Assembly: GCA_040772485.1 (NCBI GenBank) | Contig: JAXGYC010000007.1 | Span: 736,001-800,000 of the forward strand | Reading direction: 5' to 3' | Source: Sedimentisphaerales bacterium | GTDB taxonomy: Bacteria > Planctomycetota > Phycisphaerae > Sedimentisphaerales > Anaerobacaceae | Length of the DNA: 64,000 nt | Shown here: one piece after another, positions 54,415 to 64,000 of the stretch | How positions within the stretch are numbered: position 1 is the first letter of the stretch | How the letters are laid out: each line of letters opens with the position of its first letter | Notes under the pieces: model-generated | The model's database searches: none | What the model saw: the letters and a program-made list of their open reading frames with translations, nothing else | Told to the model about the DNA's origin: nothing | Position numbers and translations under genes: made by a program

Positions 54415-56241
54415 ATGCGGCGTGACAGAGATTTTAGCAGGTTGGTACGTGGTTTGGTGTGTGCGTTGGCATTGGTCTTGATCGCCGGCGCCGCCCGAGT
54501 AGAGGCGGCCGGGCCGGACGATCTGGCCAAGAAGATCGAGCAAACGCTCTCCGGCGTCCAGCGAAGGATCACAACCGAGCCGGCTCGGGCGGAGAAGGAA
54601 CTGCTCGAAGCCCGCAACCTGCTGGCCCAACTGAAGGAGGCGGCGCCCGACCATGCCAAACTCGCGACCCTGGTCAAACAGGCCGCTGATCTGACGACGA
54701 AGCTGGAAAGGCGGCTCGGACGGCCCGTCGGCGGCAGCGCCGAGAAGAAAGAAGAAGCCAAGCCGGCCGAAGCGCCGAAGCCGGCATCATCAGACCTGCC
54801 CAGTGCCGTCGTCTCACAGCTCAAGAGGCTCGAAGACACGCTCAACGCAGTGGTCGCGGCCCTGGAGAAGAACCAGTTGCAGACGGCGACCACCCGACTG
54901 GGGCAGGCGAAGAAGCTGATGGACGAGCTCCAGAGCCGATATGGCCAGAAGATCCCGGCCGGCAACGCCGAGTTCAAAGCCGCCACCGACAGGCTGGCCG
55001 CCGTCGAAGCCCAGTATACGCAGGCCAAGTCAACCGCCGATGCCGCAGCCGCCGCGGCCGCCGAAGCCGCCCGGCACAAGGAGACTCAATCCAAGGAATG
55101 GCTCGCCAGGTTCGCTCCTTTCTTCGACCCCAAAGGCGACCAGTATCTGCTCATCGGGTCGTCCTTCAACAACGCCTCCGAGGCGGACAAGGAGAAGTGC
55201 CGCCAGGCCTATGCCGAGGCCAACGAGCTGATGGCCACCTACAAGAAGACCGAGTTCCCCCACGGCAAAACGCAAGAGCTGATCTACAGAGAACAGTCGC
55301 TGGCGGGAACGCTCGCCATCTACAACGAAGGCGCCGCCCGCACCCGCCAGGAAGAGGCCTGCCGTCCGTGGGTCGAGAAGCTGCGTCCTTATGTCGACGT
55401 CGGCGCCGGCAGTCCGAAGTACCTGATCGACGGCGTCACGCTCAGCGAATCCGATATCCAGGAGCGAACCACCCTGCTGGCCGAGGCCCAGGCTCTCTGG
55501 CCCGAGTATGAGAAGGCCGAGTTTCCTCATGGCAAGACCGCAGAGCTGCTGTCTCTCGAAGAGACGATGAAGCAGCGTCTGCAGGATATGCCTGAAGTGC
55601 TCCAGCGAAGCCGGGCTCTGCTTTCGGCGGATATGGAGAAGGAGTTCGACCGCATCCTGACCTACCTGAACCAGGACACCGGCTGGCAGAGCGATCCGAC
55701 GAAAAAACCCAACCTCGTCATGGAGCGCGACGTGCTGCCGTTGCAGCAGGCGATCGAGCGCTATGCCGGGACCGTCGGGTCCGACGACGCCAAGCTGGCG
55801 ACCCTCAAGCAGAAACTCGGCCAGATCAAGGAGCAGGACCAGAAGAACCGTGCCGTGCGAGCCGAGCGGACCTATATGAACGCCGACCGTTTCGAAGGCG
55901 AGGGAATCGACGAACTGCGTCAGAAGGTCGAGGAGATCGTCAAGGAGAAATCCGCCTCTGGAAAAGCCCTCCGCATCACCCTGCCGGCGGGAAACTGGCA
56001 GGAGGAGAGCGTGCTCGAATGGACGGACACCACACGCACCGAACTGCGGTACCGCATTACGCGATTCATGACCGCCCAAGCAGCCGCCAAGGGGGCCGAC
56101 GGCAAGGTCTACCTGCACGGCGTACACCTGGCCAACGACCGGAACTCCGATGGAAGCTGGGGCCCCCTCCACGGCCACATCATGTGGTCGGACTGGATGG
56201 CCGAGGCGAACGTGAGCAAGGAGCCTCCCGCCGCCCCATAG
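54415..56241 (+). CDS. Secreted alpha-helical hypothetical protein with an internal 89-aa repeat
   Basis: AAGGAGG RBS; signal peptide ending VEA; EFPHGKT.EL occurs twice, 267 nt apart. Confidence 0.8.
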   Translation: MRRDRDFSRLVRGLVCALALVLIAGAARVEAAGPDDLAKKIEQTLSGVQRRITTEPARAEKELLEARNLLAQLKEAAPDHAKLATLVKQAADLTTKLERRLGRPVGGSAEKKEEAKPAEAPKPASSDLPSAVVSQLKRLEDTLNAVVAALEKNQLQTATTRLGQAKKLMDELQSRYGQKIPAGNAEFKAATDRLAAVEAQYTQAKSTADAAAAAAAEAARHKETQSKEWLARFAPFFDPKGDQYLLIGSSFNNASEADKEKCRQAYAEANELMATYKKTEFPHGKTQELIYREQSLAGTLAIYNEGAARTRQEEACRPWVEKLRPYVDVGAGSPKYLIDGVTLSESDIQERTTLLAEAQALWPEYEKAEFPHGKTAELLSLEETMKQRLQDMPEVLQRSRALLSADMEKEFDRILTYLNQDTGWQSDPTKKPNLVMERDVLPLQQAIERYAGTVGSDDAKLATLKQKLGQIKEQDQKNRAVRAERTYMNADRFEGEGIDELRQKVEEIVKEKSASGKALRITLPAGNWQEESVLEWTDTTRTELRYRITRFMTAQAAAKGADGKVYLHGVHLANDRNSDGSWGPLHGHIMWSDWMAEANVSKEPPAAP

Positions 56242-56434
56242 CGGCGGTGGCCTCGGCTCTCACGGCGCCCAGGGATTTTTCTTATGGGCTCCAGCCGGAT
56301 TTCCCCTATAATGAGGTAGACGAAATGGAGGTCGAACGGGTCCGGCATCGCCGGGTGGCCCGAACCATATCGGCGACGGAGCCCCATAGGTCTTCGGCAC
56401 ACTGACACAAGCAGAGTTGGAAGGAGGTCTCACC

Positions 56435-59377
56435 ATGAGCAAATCGCGATGGATCATCCTGTTGGCTGTGGGCCTGGTGGCCGCACAGGCTTGGGCTGTA
56501 GACAAATCCCTGGTCCTGTACCTGCCCTTCGACGACGGCGCCGGCACCACCGCCAAGGACGCCTCCAGTTACAGCAACCCCGGCACCATCGTCGGAGACG
56601 CTGTCTGGGTCGCAGGTCATAAGGGCACGGCGCTGGAGTTCGTCAGCGGCTCGCACGTGACGGTGCCGGAGATTCCCGAGTACGACGTAGCCGCCGAGGT
56701 CAGTCTGCTGGCCTGGGTCAAGGCGACCACGGTGCCGAACTGGGGCCGTGTGATCGACAAATCTCAATGGCAGACCACTGGTTTCGATCTGGTCCTGACT
56801 CAGAACGTCGGCCTGCCCCGGCTGGAGTTCTTCGTCAACAACACCACCTCGCTGGCGGACGCAACGACCGTGGTGATCGACAACGAATGGCACTTCATTG
56901 TCGGAACGTTCGGCAGCAAAACGATACACGTCTACGTGGACGGCCAGATGGAAGGCCAGGCCCAATCCGTCGGGCAGGTGGACATGAATCCGAACGATTG
57001 GCCGATCATGATCGCCGGAGAGACCAGCTCGAACGGTGGCCAGCAGTTCTTCGGCACGATCGACGAAGTCGCCATGTACAACCGCGAGCTTTCGGAGCAG
57101 GAGATCGCGGACATTTTCGAAAACGGCATGCCTCAGGCGGAAACCGCGGGCAATCCTCAACCGGAGAACGGCGCCGTCGATGTGCCTCGCGAGGTCGTGC
57201 TGGGCTGGACAGCCGGAGCGCTCGCTGCATCGCACGATGTCTACTTCGGCACCTCGCCGGCCGACGTCGAGAGCGCCACCCGCGCCAATCCGATGGGCGT
57301 ACTGGCCAGCCAAGGGCAGTCGGGCGCCACATACGACCCCGCCGGACTTCTCGATTTCAGTCAGACATACTACTGGCGGATCGACGAGGTCAACGCGGCG
57401 CCTGACAATACGATCTTCAAGGGTGAGGTATGGAGCTTCACCGCCGAGCCGTTCGCCTATGCGATCACGAACATCGTCGCAACCAGCAACGGCGTTTCGG
57501 AACCGGACTCGGGCCCGGAGAAGACCATCGACGGCTCCGGTCTCAACCCCGCCGACCAGCATTCGACCCTCAACGCCGACATGTGGGCCGCCACTACCGG
57601 CGGCGCCGAGCCCGTGTGGATTCAGTATGAATTCGACCGGGTCTACAAGCTTCACGAGCTTTGGGTGTGGAACTACAACGTCGTGTTCGAACTGATGCTC
57701 GGCTTCGGCTTCAAGGACGTCACAGTGGAGTACTCCGCTAACGGGACCGACTGGACCGTGCTTGCCGATGTTCCGTTCCCCCAAGCGACGGGCAAGACGA
57801 CCTACACGCACGGCGCCACGGTGGACCTCCAGGGGGTCGCAGCCAAATACGTACGGCTGACCGCCAACAGCGGCTATGGCCTCACCGGACAGTTCGGGCT
57901 CAGCGAGGTCCGGTTCTACTACCTGCCGGTGCAGCCGAGAGAGCCGCAACCGGAATCCGGAGCAACCGATGTTGCCATCGATACGGTCCTCGACTGGCGA
58001 GGCGGCCGCGAAGCGGTATCGCACGAGGTCTACCTCAGCACCGACGAAGCGGCCGTAGTCGACGGGACAGCCCTGGCCGGCACAATGAGCCAGAGCAGCT
58101 ACGATCCGGCCACGCTGGACCTGGCGGCCGAGTACTTCTGGAAGGTCGTTGAAGTCAACGAGGCCGAAGCCGTCAGTTCATGGGAAGGCGAGGTCTGGAG
58201 CTTCTCCACCCAGGAGTTCCTCGTGGTGGACGACTTCGAGAGCTACACGGACGACGTCGAGGCACACACGACGATCTACGACGCATGGATCGATGGCTAC
58301 ACCAACGAGACCGGCTCCACGGTCGGCTACCTCGACGCGCCGTTCGCGGAGCAGGACATCGTCCACGGCGGCGCTCAATCGATGCCGCTGTTCTATGAGG
58401 GCAACTCGCGGACCGACCACACAATCGACGGCGTGACAGACTGGACGGCGGGCGGCGCCACGACACTCGTGCTATTCTTCCGTGGCGACATGGCCAACGC
58501 CCCCGGACAGCTCTACGTGACGATCAACGGGACCAAGGTTCTGTACGACGGCGCCGCCGGCAGTCTGGCGACCGCGTTGTGGAAGCAATGGAACATCGAT
58601 CTGGCCTCGGCGGGCGTCAATCTGCGAAACGTCACCGAGGTGAGCATCGGCATCGACGGTTCCGGCTCCGGCGTGGTGTACATCGACGACATTCGCCTGT
58701 ACCGCGTAGCTCCGGCGGTCGTGGTCGCCCAGGACCCGGGCGCGGCATCTCTGGTGGCGCTGTACGCGATGGAGAACAACGTCCAGGACAGCTCCGGCAA
58801 CGGCTACCACGGCACGGCATTCAACGAGCCGACCTACGGGCCGTCGCTGGCCGGCCAGGGCCAGGCGCTTCAGTTCGATGGATTCGCCGATTACGTAGAA
58901 CTGCCCATCGGTCCGGTCCTGAGCACGCTGACCGATTCGACGTTCGCCACCTGGGTGAACTTCGCGAGCACCGGTGGCGACTGGCAGCGGATCTTCGACT
59001 TCGGCACCAGCAGCACGGCCGGCTACATGTTCCTTTGCCCGCGCATCCCGGCCGGCCAGATCCGGTTCGCCATCACACCCGCCGGCGGCAGCGAGTCGGT
59101 CATCCAGACGACCACCATGCTGCAAACCGGCTGGCACCATCTGGCGGTCGTGATCGACGCGGCGAACATGCAGGTTCAGGTCTATCTCGACGGCGACGTG
59201 GCCGCCAGCGGCGCGACGGCGACTCTGCCAAAGGACCTCGGCAACACGACACAAAACTGGGTGGGCCGCTCGCAGTACACTGCCGACGCCTACTTCTCCG
59301 GTTCGCTCGACGAATTCCGCATCTACAACCGGGCCCTCTCGGCCGGTGAAGTCCGCTATCTGGTCGGAGATCGGTAG
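56435..59377 (+). CDS. Secreted LamG / discoidin (F5/8) multidomain protein
   Basis: Signal peptide; N- and C-terminal LamG (WHFIVG...IDEVAMYNREL; WHHLAV...LDEFRIYNRAL); central discoidin-like (VWNYN, YVRL, GLSEVRF); repeated YYWRIDEVN...G.VWSF modules. Confidence 0.85.
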   Translation: MSKSRWIILLAVGLVAAQAWAVDKSLVLYLPFDDGAGTTAKDASSYSNPGTIVGDAVWVAGHKGTALEFVSGSHVTVPEIPEYDVAAEVSLLAWVKATTVPNWGRVIDKSQWQTTGFDLVLTQNVGLPRLEFFVNNTTSLADATTVVIDNEWHFIVGTFGSKTIHVYVDGQMEGQAQSVGQVDMNPNDWPIMIAGETSSNGGQQFFGTIDEVAMYNRELSEQEIADIFENGMPQAETAGNPQPENGAVDVPREVVLGWTAGALAASHDVYFGTSPADVESATRANPMGVLASQGQSGATYDPAGLLDFSQTYYWRIDEVNAAPDNTIFKGEVWSFTAEPFAYAITNIVATSNGVSEPDSGPEKTIDGSGLNPADQHSTLNADMWAATTGGAEPVWIQYEFDRVYKLHELWVWNYNVVFELMLGFGFKDVTVEYSANGTDWTVLADVPFPQATGKTTYTHGATVDLQGVAAKYVRLTANSGYGLTGQFGLSEVRFYYLPVQPREPQPESGATDVAIDTVLDWRGGREAVSHEVYLSTDEAAVVDGTALAGTMSQSSYDPATLDLAAEYFWKVVEVNEAEAVSSWEGEVWSFSTQEFLVVDDFESYTDDVEAHTTIYDAWIDGYTNETGSTVGYLDAPFAEQDIVHGGAQSMPLFYEGNSRTDHTIDGVTDWTAGGATTLVLFFRGDMANAPGQLYVTINGTKVLYDGAAGSLATALWKQWNIDLASAGVNLRNVTEVSIGIDGSGSGVVYIDDIRLYRVAPAVVVAQDPGAASLVALYAMENNVQDSSGNGYHGTAFNEPTYGPSLAGQGQALQFDGFADYVELPIGPVLSTLTDSTFATWVNFASTGGDWQRIFDFGTSSTAGYMFLCPRIPAGQIRFAITPAGGSESVIQTTTMLQTGWHHLAVVIDAANMQVQVYLDGDVAASGATATLPKDLGNTTQNWVGRSQYTADAYFSGSLDEFRIYNRALSAGEVRYLVGDR

Positions 59378-59430
59378 CCGCTCGCGTCCATATCGAGGAC
59401 GCACCAACGTGGATCATCAGGGGCCTGCAC

Positions 59431-59505
59431 CGTGGCGCGGGCATCTTGCCCTCGAACCACGGGCAGGATGCCCGCGACACGCAAGGGCGGGGCGCCCTCG
59501 CCACG
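59431..59505. repeat. Inverted REP pair (REPIN-like) plus a third degenerate arm
   Basis: cgtggcgcgggcatcttgccc-N9-gggcaggatgcccgcgacacg, then gggcggggcgccctcgccacg. Confidence 0.7.
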
Positions 59506-59519
59506 CCAGGGAGATCGTG

Positions 59520-61424
59520 ATGCGTAGACTCACGCCAGTACTGCTTGCCATCCTCGTCGCCTGTTCATATGCCACTGCCCGGGAGACAGCAACCGTTCGG
59601 CTCAGTCCGTCCGTGCGCCTGCTGCCCGGGCCAGTCAACGGCGTTTGCATCGAACGCGATGGACACATACTCGTCGTCTATGGCGACCCGTCCGGGACGC
59701 TTCAACAGGCGGATGTGGTCCTGTTCACGCACAGCCGGCGCGACGTGGTCTGGGCAGGACAAAGCCTCGTTGAACGCGGCGCCAGGGCCATCGTGTCTGC
59801 CGCCGAAGCAGCGGCGTTCGCGGAGCCGCAGGAGTTCTGGAACACCTTCGTACGCGCGCGATTCCACGACTACCATCAGCAGACGACCAAAGTCCCCGTG
59901 GTCCCGCTGCGAGTCGACCGCTCCGCAGCGGATGGGGACACAATCGAATGGCAGGACCTCTCCGTGCGAGTGATGGGCACGCCGGGCTATGCGCGGGGCG
60001 CCGTCAGCTATCTGCTGGAGGTCGATGGTCTCAAGTATGCCTTCGTCGGCGACCTGATCTATGGCGATGGGCATCTCCTGGACCTCTATAGCCTCCAGGA
60101 CGAAGTCCCGGACCTGCGGATCGGCGGCTACCACGGATACGCCGCCCGCATGATCCAACTGATCGCGAGTCTGCGTGCAGTTGCCTCCGAGAAGCCGGAT
60201 ATCCTCGTTCCGGCTCGTGGCCCGGTCGTTCGAGATGCCCAGGCTGCCATCACACATCTGATCGACCGGCTCCAGGCGGTCTATCGCAACTACCTGGCCA
60301 TCAGCGCCGGACGTTACTATTTCAGCCGCAGCTATGACGCTCTGGCCGAGCGCGTTCTCGGCACGCCGCATGGTGTTCCATGGATGCGTCTGGCGACCAT
60401 CGATGAGGACCCTCCGGGTTGGATGCGGTGCATCGGAAACTCCCGACTTCTGCTCTCGCAGAGCGGCGCCGGCTGGCTGATCGACTGCGGCTCGCAGGCC
60501 ATCATCGATGAGATCGCCAAGCTGCGTGACGCCGGCCTGCTGACATCCCTGGAAGGTGTGTTCATCACCCACTACCACGACGACCACACCGAGAAGGTCA
60601 ACGCCCTCCTGAAGACCTTCCCCTGTCCAGTGTTCGTCACGCCGCTGATGGCCGACGTCGCGCGTCGACCCCCGGCGTATCGACTGCCCTGCCTGACGAC
60701 CGAGTCGATCACGGACGTGACGGTAGTCCCCGACCGGCACACGAGACGTTGGCGCGAGTTTCAATTGACCTTCTACGACTATCCTGGGCAGACCCTCTAC
60801 CACAGCGCCCTGCTCGTCGAGCACGACAACGGTGAAAGGCTCTTCTTTCTCGGTGATTCCTTCACGCCATCCGGAATCGACGACTACTGCCTCCTGAACC
60901 GCAACCTCATGCACGAAGGCGAGGGCTACCTGCACTGCCTGGACATCCTGGCCACCCTTCCCGACAACTGCATGCTCGTCAACGAGCACGTTTCGCCGGT
61001 CTTTCAGTTCGACGCGCCCCAACTGACGCTGATGCGCAAGACGCTCGCCGAACGCAAAGCCCTCCTGGCAGAGCTGTTCCCCTGGGACGAAGCCAACTAC
61101 GGCATCGACGAGCAGTGGGCTCGGATCTACCCCTACGGACAGACAGCTCGCCCCGGCCAGACGGTGGAGGTCGAGGTGCGGATACGGAACCACTCGGACC
61201 GGTCGCACGAGTATACCGTGACGCCTCATGGGCCCGAGGGCTCGCGTGTTGAACCCCCATCAGCACGCCTGACTGTCGAACCTCGGACGGAGGGCGCGAT
61301 CACCATACGAATCGGCGTTCCCGCCTCGGCGATCCCATCGGCCTGCGTCATCACCGCCGACGTCGCCTTCGACGGCTGGAACCTTTGCCGCTGGTGCGAG
61401 GCTCTCATCGAAATCCGCCCATAG
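59520..61424 (+). CDS. Secreted tandem metallo-beta-lactamase-fold hydrolase with C-terminal Ig-like domain
   Basis: Domain 1: FTHSRRDV...TPGY...FVGD (degenerate). Domain 2: IDCG, ITHYHDDH, PGQT, FLGD. Confidence 0.82.
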   Translation: MRRLTPVLLAILVACSYATARETATVRLSPSVRLLPGPVNGVCIERDGHILVVYGDPSGTLQQADVVLFTHSRRDVVWAGQSLVERGARAIVSAAEAAAFAEPQEFWNTFVRARFHDYHQQTTKVPVVPLRVDRSAADGDTIEWQDLSVRVMGTPGYARGAVSYLLEVDGLKYAFVGDLIYGDGHLLDLYSLQDEVPDLRIGGYHGYAARMIQLIASLRAVASEKPDILVPARGPVVRDAQAAITHLIDRLQAVYRNYLAISAGRYYFSRSYDALAERVLGTPHGVPWMRLATIDEDPPGWMRCIGNSRLLLSQSGAGWLIDCGSQAIIDEIAKLRDAGLLTSLEGVFITHYHDDHTEKVNALLKTFPCPVFVTPLMADVARRPPAYRLPCLTTESITDVTVVPDRHTRRWREFQLTFYDYPGQTLYHSALLVEHDNGERLFFLGDSFTPSGIDDYCLLNRNLMHEGEGYLHCLDILATLPDNCMLVNEHVSPVFQFDAPQLTLMRKTLAERKALLAELFPWDEANYGIDEQWARIYPYGQTARPGQTVEVEVRIRNHSDRSHEYTVTPHGPEGSRVEPPSARLTVEPRTEGAITIRIGVPASAIPSACVITADVAFDGWNLCRWCEALIEIRP

Positions 61425-61530
61425 CAGCGCCGGCACAACCGGCGCAAAACCGCCGATTCGACGTTCTTTGCCTCTTCCACGCCCCTATCCATCCGGGCCA
61501 GGCTTGGCGGCTGCCGCCACGGAATACGGC

Positions 61531-61559
61531 TTGACATTCCACGACGAGAATCATATACT
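61531..61559 (+). promoter_or_regulatory. Near-consensus sigma70 promoter
   Basis: TTGACA-N17-TATACT. Confidence 0.7.
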
Positions 61560-61718
61560 GGATACCCGCAGAGAAGGGAGGTTTCTGCGGCATTCTTCCG
61601 CACGCGCGGGTAGAGTGCTTCCTTTCCTTAGTTTTCCCAGGGATGTGGTAGCGATAGAAGAAGCTCGCGGGCTCCCCCGCGACGGCATTCCTGTCGCCCG
61701 ATGCATAAGGAGTGGGGT

Positions 61719-64000
61719 ATGCGAAGCGAAAGAAGAAAAGCCACCGTCCGTCGATACAGCGTCTTCCTGGGGTATCTGTTCCTGGTGATGGCCGCCGCGG
61801 GCCCAACGATGGTGCAGGCCCGCTCCGCCTATGTGATCGCAGAGATCACGAACTCCGCCGAACCGCTTCCCGTGCTGGCCTACGATATCGGTCTGGACGG
61901 TTCGCTGACGTTTCAGGCCCGGCAGACGATTCCTTTCCGAGCCGGCGGCGCCGTCGGCATGGCCATCGACTGGGAATCGGGGTACATCTTCGTGACCTAC
62001 GAGTTCTCCGACACCCTGGAGATCCTGGACGCACGAACCATGGTCGACGTGGGCAATGCCTCTGCTCCGGGCGCCGAGAATCTCGCAGGGATCGTCTACG
62101 ATGAGACGAAGGACCTCCTGTACACGGTCGACCGAGGCACCGACAAGCTGTATGTCTATACGTGGGACGCCGGTACGGGAAAACTCCACTTGTCTCCGGG
62201 CGCGCCGTTCACGCTGGAAGGCTCCACGGCATATGGCATCGACCTGGATGAGGCACGAGGTTTGCTCTACACGGCCAGCGGCAACCGGACGATTCGCGTC
62301 TACGAGACCTCCACCTGGTCCACCGTTCGATCGATCGAGCTCGATCGATCGGCGATCAGCGTCGCCCTGGACTTCTACAACGAGCTGATCTACACGGGCG
62401 CGGGATACTTCGGCGACACCTCGCTGAACCAGTACGACATGGTCACGGGCAAGAGCAAAGCGGTGCCGGTGGATGAGAAGGCCGGCGTCATGGGGATTGC
62501 TGTCGATCCGGTCAGCAATCTGGTCTATGTGACCACGGGCCTGAGCAACCTGTCCGGTGGCGACGATCTGCTTTGTTATGACTCGAACCTCGTCCTGGTC
62601 TCGTCGATCCTCGACATCGGCAATCCGACGGACATCGTGATCCCCGCAAGGGACATCGGCTACAACCCGCTCGGCTTTGCCAAGAGCATCGCCACGGACA
62701 TCGAGCCGGAGGAGGGCGAGGAGATCTATGTCAACCTGGGCGAGACCATCACGTACCAGCTCACGTTCGCGAATCTGAGCCTCATACGGGAAGTCTCCAT
62801 CGTGGACACGCTTCCGAGCGAAGTGACCTTTGTGGACGCCGACAGCGATGGTGTCACGGGACACTACGACGCCGCGACGCACACCTGCTCGTGGTTCCTG
62901 CCGTCCGTGGAGGCCGGGTCCCAGACCTGCCTGGAACTGCGGGCGAGCGTCAATCCGCAGGTTCCCGTCGGCACCCGTATCCGCAACCGCGCCACGATAC
63001 GAACGCGGGTCATTCCGCCGACCTCCGTGAGCGTCGACGCGCTGGTTCGCGGCAGCGAGTGGAAACCCCTGATACTGAGCAAGGTCGTGGCCGGAGGTGT
63101 TCAGCGTCAAGACGGCATTGCCTATGCCAACGCGGGCGAAACCGTTTCCTACACCCTCTCCTTTTCGAACGAGACCAACGACTATCCTGTGACCAAGGTC
63201 TCGGTCGTCGATGCGCTGCCGCGGGAAGTGACGTTCGTGGGTGCCGAAAGCACCTCGGGCACCGCCTCGTATGATCCGGTGAATCACACCTACACCTGCT
63301 CCTATGCCTCTCTGGCGCCCGGGGCAACGGGGTACATCACTCTCACGGCGCAGATTCACGAGGACGTGCCGGCCGGAACGATCCTCACCAACACGGCGGT
63401 CCTCACCACCGAGGAGACCGAACCGACCACCGCCACCGCCGACATCACCATCCGGCAGAGCGAGTTGCTGCCGCTGGTCCTGACCAAAACCATCACCGCC
63501 GGTGGAACCGAGCCGAAAGAAGACGGTGTACGATACGTCGAGGTCGGGGAGCATATCACGTTCCGCATCTGCTGCGAGAATCGCGACAACGCTGTGCCGG
63601 TGGAAGACATCACCCTCGTCGACTTCCTCCCGGCCCAATTGCTGTTTCTCAGCGCCGAAGGAGACGGGCAGTTCGGCCGCTACGATGCACAGAGCCACAC
63701 GTATGTCTGGTCCATCGCTTCCCTGGCGGCCGGCGAGAGCTTCTGCCTGGAGATCGTAACACAAGTCAAGGCAGGCACCCCGGCCGGAACCACGATCGTC
63801 AATCGGGCGACCGTAGACAACGATCAGATCGAGGCGACCACGGACAAGATCGAAGTGACGGTCAGACCCGTTGATCGGGTCCTCAACGTCACCAAGCGGA
63901 TCAGCGCCGGAGCGACCACCGACGACGGCAAGACCCAGTATGTAGGGATCGGAACCGAGATCACCTATGAAATCGGCTTCGACAGCAACGGCAGCAGCCA
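61719..64000 (+). CDS. Large surface protein: beta-propeller followed by DUF11-like repeats (runs off the right edge)
   Basis: Read manually from ATG 61719 (AAGGAG RBS): signal-like N-terminus, propeller blades (GMAID, GIVYD, GIDLD, GIAVD), then repeats such as GETITYQLTFAN...IVDTLPSEVTFV and GETVSYTLSFSN...VVDALPREVTFV. Confidence 0.82.
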   Translation, partial: MRSERRKATVRRYSVFLGYLFLVMAAAGPTMVQARSAYVIAEITNSAEPLPVLAYDIGLDGSLTFQARQTIPFRAGGAVGMAIDWESGYIFVTYEFSDTLEILDARTMVDVGNASAPGAENLAGIVYDETKDLLYTVDRGTDKLYVYTWDAGTGKLHLSPGAPFTLEGSTAYGIDLDEARGLLYTASGNRTIRVYETSTWSTVRSIELDRSAISVALDFYNELIYTGAGYFGDTSLNQYDMVTGKSKAVPVDEKAGVMGIAVDPVSNLVYVTTGLSNLSGGDDLLCYDSNLVLVSSILDIGNPTDIVIPARDIGYNPLGFAKSIATDIEPEEGEEIYVNLGETITYQLTFANLSLIREVSIVDTLPSEVTFVDADSDGVTGHYDAATHTCSWFLPSVEAGSQTCLELRASVNPQVPVGTRIRNRATIRTRVIPPTSVSVDALVRGSEWKPLILSKVVAGGVQRQDGIAYANAGETVSYTLSFSNETNDYPVTKVSVVDALPREVTFVGAESTSGTASYDPVNHTYTCSYASLAPGATGYITLTAQIHEDVPAGTILTNTAVLTTEETEPTTATADITIRQSELLPLVLTKTITAGGTEPKEDGVRYVEVGEHITFRICCENRDNAVPVEDITLVDFLPAQLLFLSAEGDGQFGRYDAQSHTYVWSIASLAAGESFCLEIVTQVKAGTPAGTTIVNRATVDNDQIEATTDKIEVTVRPVDRVLNVTKRISAGATTDDGKTQYVGIGTEITYEIGFDSNGSS

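Noticed and set aside
8244..63764. Many long opposite-strand or alternate-frame ORFs (e.g. 8244-10364, 23724-25589, 35707-38199, 50015-51934, 61551-63764)
   Set aside because: They overlap well-supported genes, are Arg/Pro/Gly-rich or mirror-like, and have no motifs; expected in high-GC DNA.

Overview
A GC-rich, gene-dense bacterial window. It is probably from a planctomycete (Phycisphaerae/Sedimentisphaerales-like), inferred from the H-X9-DG pilin-like gene, LamG/discoidin surface proteins, Tat-exported sulfatase and the repeat types. About 50 CDS are supportable; no rRNA, tRNA or CRISPR array was seen. The centrepiece is a ~17.6 kb minus-strand type IV filament (T4P/T2SS-like) cluster at 16752-34387. 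It holds three paralogous pilins, PilV/W/X/FimT-like minor pilins, PilMNO, a secretin, PilB and PilC, with a signalling cassette (PAS histidine kinase, receiver, GAF-HD-GYP, STAS) placed between secretin and ATPase. The cluster ATPase has an MshEN-like N-terminus but a non-canonical Walker A (GKNTT). A second, N-terminally truncated ATPase with a canonical Walker A lies ~10 kb beyond the cluster, beside a PilZ gene and an H-X9-DG pilin-like gene. Both loci share a sigma28-like promoter motif (TYAAG-N15-GYCGA). Other notable items: two 1198-bp IS4/IS10-like elements with identical transposases and 9-bp target duplications (one splits an uncharacterised SIS-like gene; both carry an RBS-sequestering hairpin), a helically phased AAACAAASCCRAT repeat module, several REP-like palindrome families, and a symporter / C69-M19 fused dipeptidase / C26 lipoprotein operon. 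Product calls come from motif recognition by eye, not database searches.
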